From positions 4,782-68,781 of the forward strand of contig WLPX01000008.1 of NCBI GenBank assembly GCA_009698575.1: a stretch of 64,000 bases of DNA. Reading direction: 5' to 3'. The notes under the pieces were generated by a model that was given only the letters and a program-made list of their open reading frames with translations, did no database searches and had not been told where the DNA came from. Position 1 is the stretch's first letter. Each line of letters starts with the position of its first letter. Shown one piece after another: positions 29,207 to 38,391 of this stretch. The position numbers were made by a program, and so were the translations under genes. The stretch is from Actinomycetota bacterium. GTDB lineage: Bacteria > Actinomycetota > Actinomycetes > S36-B12 > UBA5976.

Positions 29207-30393
29207 AACTCACCTCGTGGTTCTGGAGTGATGCGGCCACGTCCTAATCGACCAATCATTTGTCCGGTGAGATCTGGTTCTACCTTTACTCCCGGTACTC
29301 GAATTGATTCGTAAACGTTAACAATCCTTTGCGCGACTACGGCCCAATCAAATTCGGCTGCTCGAAGTTTACCTTGCGCGCTTAATTTTTCGCGTTGACT
29401 GGAATTGGCTAAAAGGTCACAAACTACTTTTGCCAGATCGTCAGAATTTTCGTTTTCAAAAGTTAAACCAGCGCGACCAAAATCCAAAACACGTTTGAAT
29501 GCATCCAAGTCACTAGCCACAACTGGAATTCCGGCTGCCATCGCTTCAAGTAAAACTATGCCAAAGGATTCACCGCCAGTATTTGGCGCCACGTAAATCG
29601 TTCCTGATGCCAGTACGCTCGCTTTGTCTTCGGGAGCAACCATTCCCAGGACGGTAACGCTGGCTCTGTCGCTAGCCGAGAGCTTCTTGAGCGCATCTGT
29701 TGGATCACCTGGTCCCGCGATCAGCAATCGTACGGTTGGTAATTGTCGGCGAATTTCTGGGTAAGCCTCAACAAGTACCGCCAACCCTTTACGAGGCTCA
29801 TCCCCTCGCCCAAGAAAAACGATCGATTGATTTGGTCCAGGCCAACCGAACATCGGACGAGCGTTAGTAAACATCGAAACGTCGACGCCATTTGGAATTA
29901 CAACTGCGTCTCCGCCAACATGTTTGATCAATGTTTTTCGAGCAGCTTCACTCACTGCGATTCGAGCTGAAACTTTTTCCATTGCAGTTTGGGCCAGCTT
30001 GGCAAGAGTCAGCATCATGCGTGACTTATCCATAGACGAATGCCAGGTCGCCACAATCGGACCTTTAGCTGCCCAGCACGCTAGGACTGACAGGCTTGGC
30101 GCCAGCGGTTCATGGACATGTAAAACATCAAACTCACCGTCTTCGATCCAGCGCGAAACTTTGCGAGCCGCAATTGGTCCAAAACTTAAACGTGCAACAG
30201 ATCCGTTGTACTTCACTGCGCGAGGCTTGCCCGTTGAAACAACAAAGTCAGGAAGTAGCTCATCAAATTCAGCCGGTGCTAACACGCTGACGTGATGCCC
30301 CATTTCAATTAGTGCTTTTGCTAAATCGTGCACGTGCGCACTTACGCCACCTGGGATGTCCCAGCTATATGGACACACAATTCCAATCTTCAT
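29203..30393 (-). CDS. pimA: Phosphatidylinositol alpha-mannosyltransferase (GT4)
   Basis: 396-aa ORF, MKIGIVCPYSWDIPGGVSAHVHDLA closely resembles the mycobacterial PimA N-terminus. GT4 E-x7-E region ESFGIVLLEAMAAG. Synteny with the acyltransferase and PIP synthase genes. Confidence 0.88.
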   Translation of the reverse strand: MKIGIVCPYSWDIPGGVSAHVHDLAKALIEMGHHVSVLAPAEFDELLPDFVVSTGKPRAVKYNGSVARLSFGPIAARKVSRWIEDGEFDVLHVHEPLAPSLSVLACWAAKGPIVATWHSSMDKSRMMLTLAKLAQTAMEKVSARIAVSEAARKTLIKHVGGDAVVIPNGVDVSMFTNARPMFGWPGPNQSIVFLGRGDEPRKGLAVLVEAYPEIRRQLPTVRLLIAGPGDPTDALKKLSASDRASVTVLGMVAPEDKASVLASGTIYVAPNTGGESFGIVLLEAMAAGIPVVASDLDAFKRVLDFGRAGLTFENENSDDLAKVVCDLLANSSQREKLSAQGKLRAAEFDWAVVAQRIVNVYESIRVPGVKVEPDLTGQMIGRLGRGRITPEPRGEL

Positions 30394-31307
30394 CGGGATT
30401 TCACATCCGATGCGACTAAGTCAGCCCAAACTGGCTGCAGTTGATGCCAGTTACCAGGATGTGCTGCGATGTGTTTTTCAAAATTTACAGCTATCAGCGC
30501 AGAAACCTCTTGGGCACGACGCAATCGGTCTCGCCCTTGAACTGGCGAGCGATTAAAATCAATCTCAGTATCAAATTCAATAACTAAGGTTTTGTTGTCA
30601 TACCAAGCAGCGCACGTAATGAGTGGTCGACCCGTATCCATGGCAAGCAATGCTGCTCCAACTGGCAGTGACGCACGATGACCAAAAAATTGATTACCCA
30701 TTCCACTCTTCGCGACATCACGATCGCCAAGTAACGCAACTAACCGACCGTTGTTTATGTGATCACGTAGATATTCATAAGTTCCACCGTCACCGGTTAA
30801 AGGCATAATTGACATTCCACGTGCCGTTCGCATCGCAAGGAATTTTTGAAACACTCCTTCGGGGCGCAATCTTTCTGCAACTGTGCACAGTGATCCAAAT
30901 TCCGATGCTGCCCAAGCGCCTGCCCAGTCCCAATTTGCCATGTGTGGCAATGTTAAAACTGCGCCACCAGTTCGTAGTGCATCTGATACGACTTGCGCAT
31001 TAACGGTTCGGACGTTTCCCAACAGTTGTTCATCGCTCCACCGTGGCAACAGAAAAGTTTCACAGTAATACCGCATATAACTTCGAATAGCCGTCCGGCT
31101 AAGTGTTCGTAACCTGGCATCCGTTGTCTCGCAATTAAGTACCCGAGATAAATTCAATTCCAATTGCCGAATTCCCTTGGTTTGCAAACGCCATGCAACC
31201 TTGCCAGCTAAATCAAACGCCCGATATGTAACTACACCTGGCAAAACCCAAAGTGAGTTCCAGCCGAGCCAGAAAGCAGCATCTACTACTCTGGATTTCA
31301 AACTCAT
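30390..31307 (-). CDS. Phosphatidylinositol mannoside acyltransferase (LPLAT/HtrB family, PatA-like)
   Basis: 305-aa ORF with the HMANWD (H-x4-D) acyltransferase motif. Sits between the PIP synthase gene and pimA, as in mycobacteria. Confidence 0.85.
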   Translation of the reverse strand: MSLKSRVVDAAFWLGWNSLWVLPGVVTYRAFDLAGKVAWRLQTKGIRQLELNLSRVLNCETTDARLRTLSRTAIRSYMRYYCETFLLPRWSDEQLLGNVRTVNAQVVSDALRTGGAVLTLPHMANWDWAGAWAASEFGSLCTVAERLRPEGVFQKFLAMRTARGMSIMPLTGDGGTYEYLRDHINNGRLVALLGDRDVAKSGMGNQFFGHRASLPVGAALLAMDTGRPLITCAAWYDNKTLVIEFDTEIDFNRSPVQGRDRLRRAQEVSALIAVNFEKHIAAHPGNWHQLQPVWADLVASDVKSR

Positions 31308-31912
31308 GGGAACAGCTGTTTCCGCACAAATAAAATTCGTTGCATGACCGTAATGGTCGAAAGAATCGCTAGCAATACAAATGCCTGAGCCATCACATCA
31401 GTAACTAGTCCTGTGATCATTAGTCCTAACCAAATGATCAAATTTCGTTCTGCACGTTCTGCAATTCCGATGGTGCAAGTTGCATTAAGTGATTCGGCTT
31501 TGGCTCTGGCGTACGAAGTTAATAACGCCACAACCAAGGCTGCTACTCCGGCAGAAACTGCAAGTGAACTTTGTGCTGAATCTTGATTTGAATAGAAATA
31601 GCAAATCGCGCAGATAACTGCTGCATCGGAAATTCGATCCAAAGTCGAATCCAAAAATGCTCCCCACGGACCTGCAGTCCCTAGCATTCGGGCCATAGTG
31701 CCATCAAGTAAGTCAATGGAGCTAAAAATGGCAAACAGAATCGCGCCGATAACAAATTTGCCGTGTGCCAAGAAAATTACAGATATTGCAATGGTCGCTG
31801 CGCAACCAAACCAGGTGATGGCATCGGGGGTAACTTTTGCCTTAATCAAAGATCGGGCTACTGGATCCACTAAATGGGCAACCGTGCGACGCGCATTTGC
31901 GTTATCAAGCAC
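31304..31912 (-). CDS. CDP-alcohol phosphatidyltransferase; phosphatidylinositol phosphate synthase (PgsA1-type)
   Basis: 202-aa multi-TM ORF with DLLDGTMAR...G..LDSTLDRISD motif. First gene of the PIM operon. GTG start. Confidence 0.85.
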   Translation of the reverse strand: MLDNANARRTVAHLVDPVARSLIKAKVTPDAITWFGCAATIAISVIFLAHGKFVIGAILFAIFSSIDLLDGTMARMLGTAGPWGAFLDSTLDRISDAAVICAICYFYSNQDSAQSSLAVSAGVAALVVALLTSYARAKAESLNATCTIGIAERAERNLIIWLGLMITGLVTDVMAQAFVLLAILSTITVMQRILFVRKQLFP

Positions 31913-31940
31913 GTTAAATACCTCAATTACCTCTAGCCCG

Positions 31941-31953
31941 CTACGATTCGTAG
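31941..31953 (+). promoter_or_regulatory. 6+1+6 palindrome CTACGA-T-TCGTAG in the 45-nt divergent spacer
   Basis: Seen directly. It lies 5 nt before the ATG at 31958 and 29 nt from the GTG at 31912, and its 3' arm overlaps the AGGGA RBS-like element. Confidence 0.3.
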
Positions 31954-31957
31954 GGAT

Positions 31958-32968
31958 ATGTCGATGTTACCTAGTCATGAGTCAGTCTTGAGGCACCCGC
32001 ACGTTTTGGTCTATCTAGTGACCTCAGATTCTGCCGACTTATCTTCAATTGCCAACAATTTGGGTGGCGATAGTGCAACAAATAACCCAGCGGCATTCCA
32101 GATACCGGCCTATCCCCTGGTCACAGTTTTGGTCCACACCGAATCTCAAGTCGATGCCAGAGTCTTGCAATCCTGTGATGCTCTCGTTGTATCTCTTGAT
32201 GGCGCATCTGGAGTTGGCGCAAAAACAATCGAAGTGTGGGAACTAGCTAAAGATCTGACTCTTCCGCGACATATCTTGGCCTTCAATGTAGTTCATGGTC
32301 GTGCAGATTTTGACGAATTATGTGCCATTGCTAGCCGAACTATGGAACCTGACTTAATGGTTAGGTACTTACCTATTGATTCAGATGACGAGTTATCCCT
32401 AACTGGGGTTTACGACATACTCACAAGTGAAATTCACGCCATTGTCGAAAATGCCTGGATCACGCAACCGGCTGATCCCGAGCACATAGCACTCACAAGC
32501 TCTGCTCGCGAGGATTTATTCGAACAACTTGCTTATTTAGGGTTAGACGATGCGACGCTACAAAATCATCAGTCAGGTTTACCAATTAGCGTGACGAAAT
32601 TGGAAACTGCTTGGTCGCATCCAGATTTAGTTGCAATTACACCGATTGACGATGGTGTTGGTGAACAAATATTTGGAACGTGGCTGAATCTGCTAAATCC
32701 GCTTTGGGTTCCAACCCAAATAGATGGTGACTTAGCTATCGATGTAACACAAACTACGGAATACATTGGCATTGCCATCACGGAAGACCTCGCACGCATG
32801 TGGGGTGAAGCAACTGGTGAAAAAATTGGTCAGAAAACTTCTAGTGACTGGAATGTATTACAAGTGGTCGCGGAGTGCTGCGGACTTATGTGGGCGAAAA
32901 ATTTGATTCCTGGCCAAACCATGAGCAGTGCAGCCAGCACTTCTTCGCTAGTTGCACCAATTTTCTGA
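31958..32968 (+). CDS. EF-G-like protein (G domain plus part of domain II) with degenerate GTPase motifs
   Basis: 336-aa ORF. The segment [61 protein letters not shown] aligns by eye with the EF-G G domain ([10 protein letters not shown]...DGAIVV.D...GV.PQ.E.VWRQA....VPRI.F.NKMD..GAD). P-loop, DxxG and NKxD are not conserved. Confidence 0.55.
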   Translation: [336 protein letters not shown]

Positions 32969-33466
32969 CAATAGCAATCTCGTTTGTTCGATTAGTTCTG
33001 GTAAAACTTTGGTCCCACCAACTATTGGCATGAAGTTAATGTCACCAGCCCAACGCGGGACAACATGTTGGTGGATATGATCAGCCACTCCAGCTCCCGC
33101 AACATTTCCTTGGTTCAAACCAATGTTGAAACCATCAGCTTTTGCAACTTCGCGTAAAGTGCGCATAGCCTGCGCGGTTAATTCAGCCATCTCTTGCGTT
33201 TCTTCGGGAGACATTTGGTCATACAGGGCGACATGTCGATTAGTGCAAATGAGTAAGTGTCCGCTGTTGTACGGATACTTATTCATTACGGCGAAGGTGT
33301 GAGTGCGCCTGACAATTACTAAACCTTGTTCATCTGAAACTTCTTGAGCGATACAAAATGGACAAGTTTTGTCGTCAAAGTTTCCAGCTTCATCAGCTAG
33401 ATACTGTTTGCGATGCGGCGCCCATAGCCGATCCCAAGCATGTGGTCCTCTTGGATCAGTGCTCAT
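32948..33466 (-). CDS. HIT family protein (Ap4A phosphorylase / GalT-like)
   Basis: 172-aa ORF with histidine triad HIHQHVVPRW. Conserved neighbour of thrS in actinobacteria. Confidence 0.88.
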   Translation of the reverse strand: MSTDPRGPHAWDRLWAPHRKQYLADEAGNFDDKTCPFCIAQEVSDEQGLVIVRRTHTFAVMNKYPYNSGHLLICTNRHVALYDQMSPEETQEMAELTAQAMRTLREVAKADGFNIGLNQGNVAGAGVADHIHQHVVPRWAGDINFMPIVGGTKVLPELIEQTRLLLSENWCN

Positions 33467-33474
33467 GCTTCAAC

Positions 33475-35481
33475 TCAGATTTGCACGCGGGAAGCAACAA
33501 TTTCAACAATCTTGTTGATTGCTTGATCGATTGGAACTGCATTTTCTTGCGTGCCGTCACGATATCTAAAGGAAACTGCGCCAGCGGCAATGTCTTCGTC
33601 TCCGGCAATCAACATGAATGGAATCTTTTGAGTTTGCGCAGTGCGAATCTTCTTTTGCATGCGTTCATCAGAAGCGTCAACTTCAACGCGAATGCCTTGT
33701 TTGCGCAATGCTGCTGCAACACCCTCTAAGTAATCAACATGTGTGTTTGCGATCGGAATTCCAGCTACCTGCACTGGTGCCAACCATGGTGGGAATGCGC
33801 CCGCGTAATGCTCAAGTAAAACGCCAAAGAAGCGCTCAATCGAGCCAAATAGCGCGCGGTGAATCATGATTGGTCGACTGCGCGTGCCATCCGATGCTTG
33901 ATATTCCAATTCAAATCGTTGCGGTAATTGGAAATCCACCTGGATGGTCGACATTTGCCAAGTGCGGCCAATTGCATCACGGGCTTGTACCGAAATTTTT
34001 GGCCCATAAAACGCAGCGCCACCAGGATCGGGCACGAGTTCTAATCCCGACAATTCGGCGGCTTGCGCTAACGCAGCAGTTGCCTGCTCCCACTCTGCTT
34101 CAGTACCAATTGATTTGTCTGGATTGCGGGTAGAAAGTTCCAAGTAGAAATCATCAAGGCCATAGTCGCGAAGCAGATCAAGCACGAATCCCAAGAGGTT
34201 TTGTAACTCGCCTGCCATTTGATCAGGTGTGCAATAAATGTGGGCATCATCTTGCGTCATCCCGCGCACGCGAGTTAAGCCGTGGATAACACCGGAGCGT
34301 TCGTAACGATATACCGAACCGAATTCAAAAAGCCGAAGTGGCAATTCCCGATAAGACCGACCGCGTGATTTGTAAATCAAGTTATGGAACGGACAGTTCA
34401 TGGGCTTGAGGTAGTAATCCTGACCTTGGCGCTTAACCGTGCCATCTTCATGCAACTCTTCATCTAGATGCATCGCAGGGAACATACCTTCGCGATACCA
34501 ATCCAAGTGCCCGGATTGTTCGAAAAGAGTGCCCTTTGTAATGTGCGGGGTATAGACAAACTGATAACCGGCATCTTCATGTCGAATTCTTGAGTAATCT
34601 TCCATCTGTCGGCGAATAACTCCGCCCTTCGGATGGAAAACCGCTAACCCAGAACCGATCTCATCCGGAAATGAAAATAGATCTAGGTCAATTCCAAGGC
34701 GCCGATGATCGCGCTTTTCAGCTTCTTCCAACATGTTCAGGTGCTGCTTAAGTCCATCTTTATTTGGCCAAGCAGTTCCGTAAACTCGTTGCATTGATTC
34801 ATTCTTTTGATCGCCCAGCCAGTACGCCGCAGAAGTACGCATCAATTTAATGGCGCGCGCATCGATGTAACGAGTGTCTGGCACATGCGGGCCACGACAT
34901 AGATCGCACCAACGAAGCTCTCCACTGCGTAAATCGATGTTGTCATAAATCGTAAGCTCGCCACCGCCAACTTCCATAACGTCCTCGGACATTACGGTGG
35001 CATCGTCATCAGCGCCAAGCAGTCGAATTTTGAAAGGTTCGTTAGCTAGTTCAACTCGAGCAGCTTCACGATTTGTTACGCGTCGAGAAAACTTTTGACC
35101 AGAGTTTATGATTTCTACGCACTTCTTTTCAATGCTTTCTAAGTCATCGGGTGTGAATGTGCGACTGGTTCCAAAATCATAAAAGAAACCATCCTTAATC
35201 GGTGGTCCAATGCCAAGTTTTACATCATCGAAGATCGCTTGCGTAGCTTGGGCAACTATGTGAGCCACGCTGTGCCTAAGAATGGATAGTCCTTCAGGAT
35301 CTGAAATCAAAATTGGTTCAATTAAATCACCATCACTTAGCGGGTGGCTAAGGTCGACAACATTGCCATTTAGCCGAGCAACTACGACTTGTCGGGCTTT
35401 GTCTCCAACCACGTCGTAGGCGCAGGCACCAGGTTCGAACGCAACAGAAGTGCGATCTGGTCCAACTAGTACGTTCGGCAC
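33475..35481 (-). CDS. thrS: Threonine--tRNA ligase
   Basis: 668-aa ORF with TGS, editing, class II core and anticodon-binding regions ([31 protein letters not shown]). GTG start. Confidence 0.95.
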   Translation of the reverse strand: MPNVLVGPDRTSVAFEPGACAYDVVGDKARQVVVARLNGNVVDLSHPLSDGDLIEPILISDPEGLSILRHSVAHIVAQATQAIFDDVKLGIGPPIKDGFFYDFGTSRTFTPDDLESIEKKCVEIINSGQKFSRRVTNREAARVELANEPFKIRLLGADDDATVMSEDVMEVGGGELTIYDNIDLRSGELRWCDLCRGPHVPDTRYIDARAIKLMRTSAAYWLGDQKNESMQRVYGTAWPNKDGLKQHLNMLEEAEKRDHRRLGIDLDLFSFPDEIGSGLAVFHPKGGVIRRQMEDYSRIRHEDAGYQFVYTPHITKGTLFEQSGHLDWYREGMFPAMHLDEELHEDGTVKRQGQDYYLKPMNCPFHNLIYKSRGRSYRELPLRLFEFGSVYRYERSGVIHGLTRVRGMTQDDAHIYCTPDQMAGELQNLLGFVLDLLRDYGLDDFYLELSTRNPDKSIGTEAEWEQATAALAQAAELSGLELVPDPGGAAFYGPKISVQARDAIGRTWQMSTIQVDFQLPQRFELEYQASDGTRSRPIMIHRALFGSIERFFGVLLEHYAGAFPPWLAPVQVAGIPIANTHVDYLEGVAAALRKQGIRVEVDASDERMQKKIRTAQTQKIPFMLIAGDEDIAAGAVSFRYRDGTQENAVPIDQAINKIVEIVASRVQI

Positions 35482-35563
35482 GGGAATCCCTTTGATTTGG
35501 TGGTGTGTTTAAGTCTATTGGAGAGAGCGCTGATCGCCGTAACTCGAAACTTCGTAACGCGCT

Positions 35564-36028
35564 TTAGATTTCTACCTTGAACAAGTCTTCGATTGGTCGA
35601 ACTAATGGCTCGAAGCCCTTCATGGTCGCACCCCATTTGGCCCAATAGGCATAAACCAATGTCACTATGACCATGGTGGAAACAAGTACAACCTTGCTTC
35701 GCTTATTTCGATAGTCCTGACTTATGACTAACCTAGCGATTCGAGATGAAAATTGCTGGACTGGATTTAATATTCGCTTGGCCCAGGCGTATTCCGTCGC
35801 CAACACAATGAGCCCGATGATTATTACTGCCCAACCAGGACCTGGAAAAAGTAGGAAAAATATTCCCAGTCCGACTGTGGTGAGTCCAATGACGAGAATG
35901 ATTCCCCGCCAAGTTGTATCTAATGCTTTGTTGGAACGTGCAGATTCACGTTTTCCCATGTAGTTGCGATAAAGACGGTCACTAATGGAATTCTTTTCGG
36001 GAACCTCGTTTGATATTAGTTTTTTCAT
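35564..36028 (-). CDS. PGPGW domain-containing membrane protein
   Basis: 154-aa ORF with the signature FPGPGWAVIIIGLIVLATEYAWAKR. Confidence 0.75.
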   Translation of the reverse strand: MKKLISNEVPEKNSISDRLYRNYMGKRESARSNKALDTTWRGIILVIGLTTVGLGIFFLLFPGPGWAVIIIGLIVLATEYAWAKRILNPVQQFSSRIARLVISQDYRNKRSKVVLVSTMVIVTLVYAYWAKWGATMKGFEPLVRPIEDLFKVEI

Positions 36029-36897
36029 GGGTTTCTATCTTCAGTCTTTCTAGCCAGGAAAATTTTACCCAAATTTTGTGTCATCAATCCAGAGTCGATT
36101 GATCGTTGCTTGAAAACTCTGCCCGCAATGTCTAATTCTGCAAGTTCGGTTACCGGATGTACATTACGCGTAGATGAAGTGATGAAAACTTCGTCAGCAT
36201 CCCAGAGCTCTTTTGGATTTACATCGCGTTCAATTATCGAAACTCCGGCATCACTTGCCCACTCGATCAGTAGGTCCCTGGTAATACCGCGCAGCAATCC
36301 ACACGTATCCGAAGGCGTGCTCACCCTGCCATTTGAAACCACAAAAATATTTGTTCCGGTGCCTTCGCAAAGGCGTCCAGAGGTATCGCAAAACAAAGCT
36401 TCGGAAAAACCATGTTGTTTAGCCGCAGCTAAGGCAAATACATTTTCGGCATACGAAGTAGTCTTCAAACCCGCTAGTGGCGAATTTTCATTTCGAGTCC
36501 ATGGCACCAAAAGCAACGAAGTGCTAGCTGGCCAGGCACTTTGATTTGCAACGGAAACAACCAGTGTGGGTGTAGCGCCTGTTCGGTCTGAACCAAGTGG
36601 GCCAGCACCACTTGTTACCGTGATACGTAGGCGTCCAAATTCAAGTTCACTATGTACTTCTAAAACTTTAGTTATCGCAGTTTCCAAAGTATTTCGATCT
36701 GGTGGCGTGATGCCAAGGCCAGCCGCAGAACGATTCAATCTGGCAAGGTGGCGATCTATTGCAAATACTTGGCCATTTTCGACGAGCAGTGTTTCAAAGA
36801 CCCCATCTGCAACAGTGAATCCGTGATCTAACACGCTGATGGTTGCTTGTGCAGTTGGAACCAGTTCTCCATTAACCCAAAAATGCGTAACCTGCAT
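36025..36897 (-). CDS. Aminotransferase class IV (aminodeoxychorismate lyase-like, PabC-type)
   Basis: 290-aa ORF with fold-type IV features (DHGFTVADGVFET, GITR). Overlaps the upstream chorismate-binding gene region and the downstream gene. Confidence 0.8.
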   Translation of the reverse strand: MQVTHFWVNGELVPTAQATISVLDHGFTVADGVFETLLVENGQVFAIDRHLARLNRSAAGLGITPPDRNTLETAITKVLEVHSELEFGRLRITVTSGAGPLGSDRTGATPTLVVSVANQSAWPASTSLLLVPWTRNENSPLAGLKTTSYAENVFALAAAKQHGFSEALFCDTSGRLCEGTGTNIFVVSNGRVSTPSDTCGLLRGITRDLLIEWASDAGVSIIERDVNPKELWDADEVFITSSTRNVHPVTELAELDIAGRVFKQRSIDSGLMTQNLGKIFLARKTEDRNP

Positions 36898-36902
36898 ATG
36901 TA

Positions 36903-37982
36903 TTAGCCTACGTGGGTTTCATCGGACATCGCCGCAATCCGAATTAGTCGGCTTGCCTTTAACTCTGTCTCATCCCACTCACCTTGCGGATCACTTCCCC
37001 ACGTAATGCCAGCACCGGTTCCAAAATTAATTACGACATCGCCCAATTGTGAATCTTGCCAAAAAGTGCGGATCCCTACGGCTAACTGCGCAGTTTGTTT
37101 GTCTGCGTCCACCCACCCAAAAGCTCCGCAATAAATATCGCGTGTTGCAGTTTCTAATCTTGCGATAACCTCCAGCGCGCTACTTTTTGGCGCGCCACTT
37201 ACCGAGCCCGGTGGCGCTAACGCCTTGAAAATCTCCGTCCACGACCTTGCATCGGGCAATAAACCTTCGATGTCGGAAACTAAATGAACTAGACCGGGAT
37301 GTTCTTCTAATCGAAGTAAATCGACAACGGCTACCGAACCAGGCTCACAAACTTGACCAAGATCATTTCGCACTAAATCCACGATCATAATATTTTCGGC
37401 GTTGTCTTTTTCAAGGAGCTCACTTGCAACTCTGGCCGTTCCCTTGATTGGACTAGAACGAAGTTTTTGACCGTGACGAGATAAAAACAATTCTGGTGAT
37501 GCGCTAACAATTCTCACGTCACTTGCTAAGCCCGACAGGCTGGCCGGAACTTGCAGTGCACTCAAATAGGGTGCTGGATTGTACTCTCGCAACAGTTGCC
37601 ACAAGCCAACAACATTTAGATTTGTTTGCAGCGGTGCAGAAAGCACTCGACATAGATTTGCTTGGTAGACCCAGCCGCGCGCAATGTCTTGGCGAATTGT
37701 TTCTACGGCCTCGCGATATGTCTGTTGCGACATCGATGAGGTCCAACTAGAAACTGGGATACCGTTTGGCTGCGCGCCGGTCTCATGAAATCCCAATTCG
37801 TACAATTTCTTATGGTCAACAGCTTCAACCTGTGCGAACCTAAATGCTTGAAATTCCCCCTCGAAAGTGTGGGTTACTGCCCACCAACCACCTTGATCTA
37901 AGCGCCTGATGTCACTAGTGGCTTCGCAGAAATCCGTTGCCAAGCAGTCGCCAAAAATCGCGACTGCTTGGTCCTGGGTCAT
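36903..37982 (-). CDS. Chorismate-binding enzyme (aminodeoxychorismate synthase component I-like, PabB-type; short form)
   Basis: 359-aa ORF with C-terminal catalytic motifs PGSVSGAPK, YCGAFGW and GITWGSDPQGEWDETELKA. The N-terminal domain is noticeably shorter than the roughly 450-aa PabB/TrpE proteins. Confidence 0.8.
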   Translation of the reverse strand: MTQDQAVAIFGDCLATDFCEATSDIRRLDQGGWWAVTHTFEGEFQAFRFAQVEAVDHKKLYELGFHETGAQPNGIPVSSWTSSMSQQTYREAVETIRQDIARGWVYQANLCRVLSAPLQTNLNVVGLWQLLREYNPAPYLSALQVPASLSGLASDVRIVSASPELFLSRHGQKLRSSPIKGTARVASELLEKDNAENIMIVDLVRNDLGQVCEPGSVAVVDLLRLEEHPGLVHLVSDIEGLLPDARSWTEIFKALAPPGSVSGAPKSSALEVIARLETATRDIYCGAFGWVDADKQTAQLAVGIRTFWQDSQLGDVVINFGTGAGITWGSDPQGEWDETELKASRLIRIAAMSDETHVG

Positions 37983-38014
37983 GTGTCCACTTTACGAACC
38001 GCAGCAGGCTGACT

Positions 38015-38043
38015 TTGAACCCATCCCGTAATTGGGCTAAGGT
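38015..38043 (+). promoter_or_regulatory. Probable promoter of the tRNA Gly-Cys-Val cluster (TTGAAC-17 nt-TAAGGT)
   Basis: -35 TTGAAC (38015-38020), a 17-nt spacer, and -10 TAAGGT (38038-38043), about 25 nt upstream of tRNA-Gly. Confidence 0.4.
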
Positions 38044-38067
38044 AACGGGGTCAGGCTAAGCCTGTAC

Positions 38068-38139
38068 GCGGATGTGGCTCAGTGGTAGAGCATCACCTTG
38101 CCAAGGTGAGGGTCGCGGGTTCGAATCCCGTCATCCGCT
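38068..38139 (+). tRNA. tRNA-Gly (anticodon GCC)
   Basis: Manual cloverleaf: GCGGATG/CATCCGC acceptor, anticodon loop TTGCCAA (GCC at 38100-38102), T arm GCGGG-TTCGAAT-CCCGT, U73. Confidence 0.93.
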
Positions 38140-38165
38140 CGGAAGAGCTCACATTGGGCGACCCC

Positions 38166-38236
38166 GGTGGAGTGGCCGAGAGGCGAGGCAAGGGACTGCA
38201 AATCCCTGTACACGGGTTCAAATCCCGTCTCCACCT
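38166..38236 (+). tRNA. tRNA-Cys (anticodon GCA)
   Basis: GGTGGAG/CTCCACC acceptor, anticodon loop CTGCAAA (GCA at 38198-38200), T arm ACGGG-TTCAAAT-CCCGT, U73. Confidence 0.93.
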
Positions 38237-38281
38237 CGTAGTGATTGATGCTACAAAATTGAATAACTGATTTAGCACATC

Positions 38282-38358
38282 GGTCGATTGGCGCAGTTGG
38301 CTAGCGCGCTTCCTTGACATGGAAGAGGTCACAGGTTCAAGTCCTGTATCGACCACCA
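38282..38358 (+). tRNA. tRNA-Val (anticodon GAC), CCA encoded
   Basis: GGTCGAT/ATCGACC acceptor, anticodon loop TTGACAT (GAC at 38316-38318), T arm ACAGG-TTCAAGT-CCTGT, A73 followed by CCA. Confidence 0.93.
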
Positions 38359-38391
38359 TTTGTTATTCAAGTCAGTCAGGAGATCATGCTC

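Noticed and set aside
38054-38066. Palindrome CAGGCT-A-AGCCTG immediately upstream of tRNA-Gly.
   Set aside because: It lies between the predicted promoter and the mature tRNA 5' end, so it is probably just part of the processed leader. The 5-6 bp stem with a 1-3 nt loop is too small to interpret.
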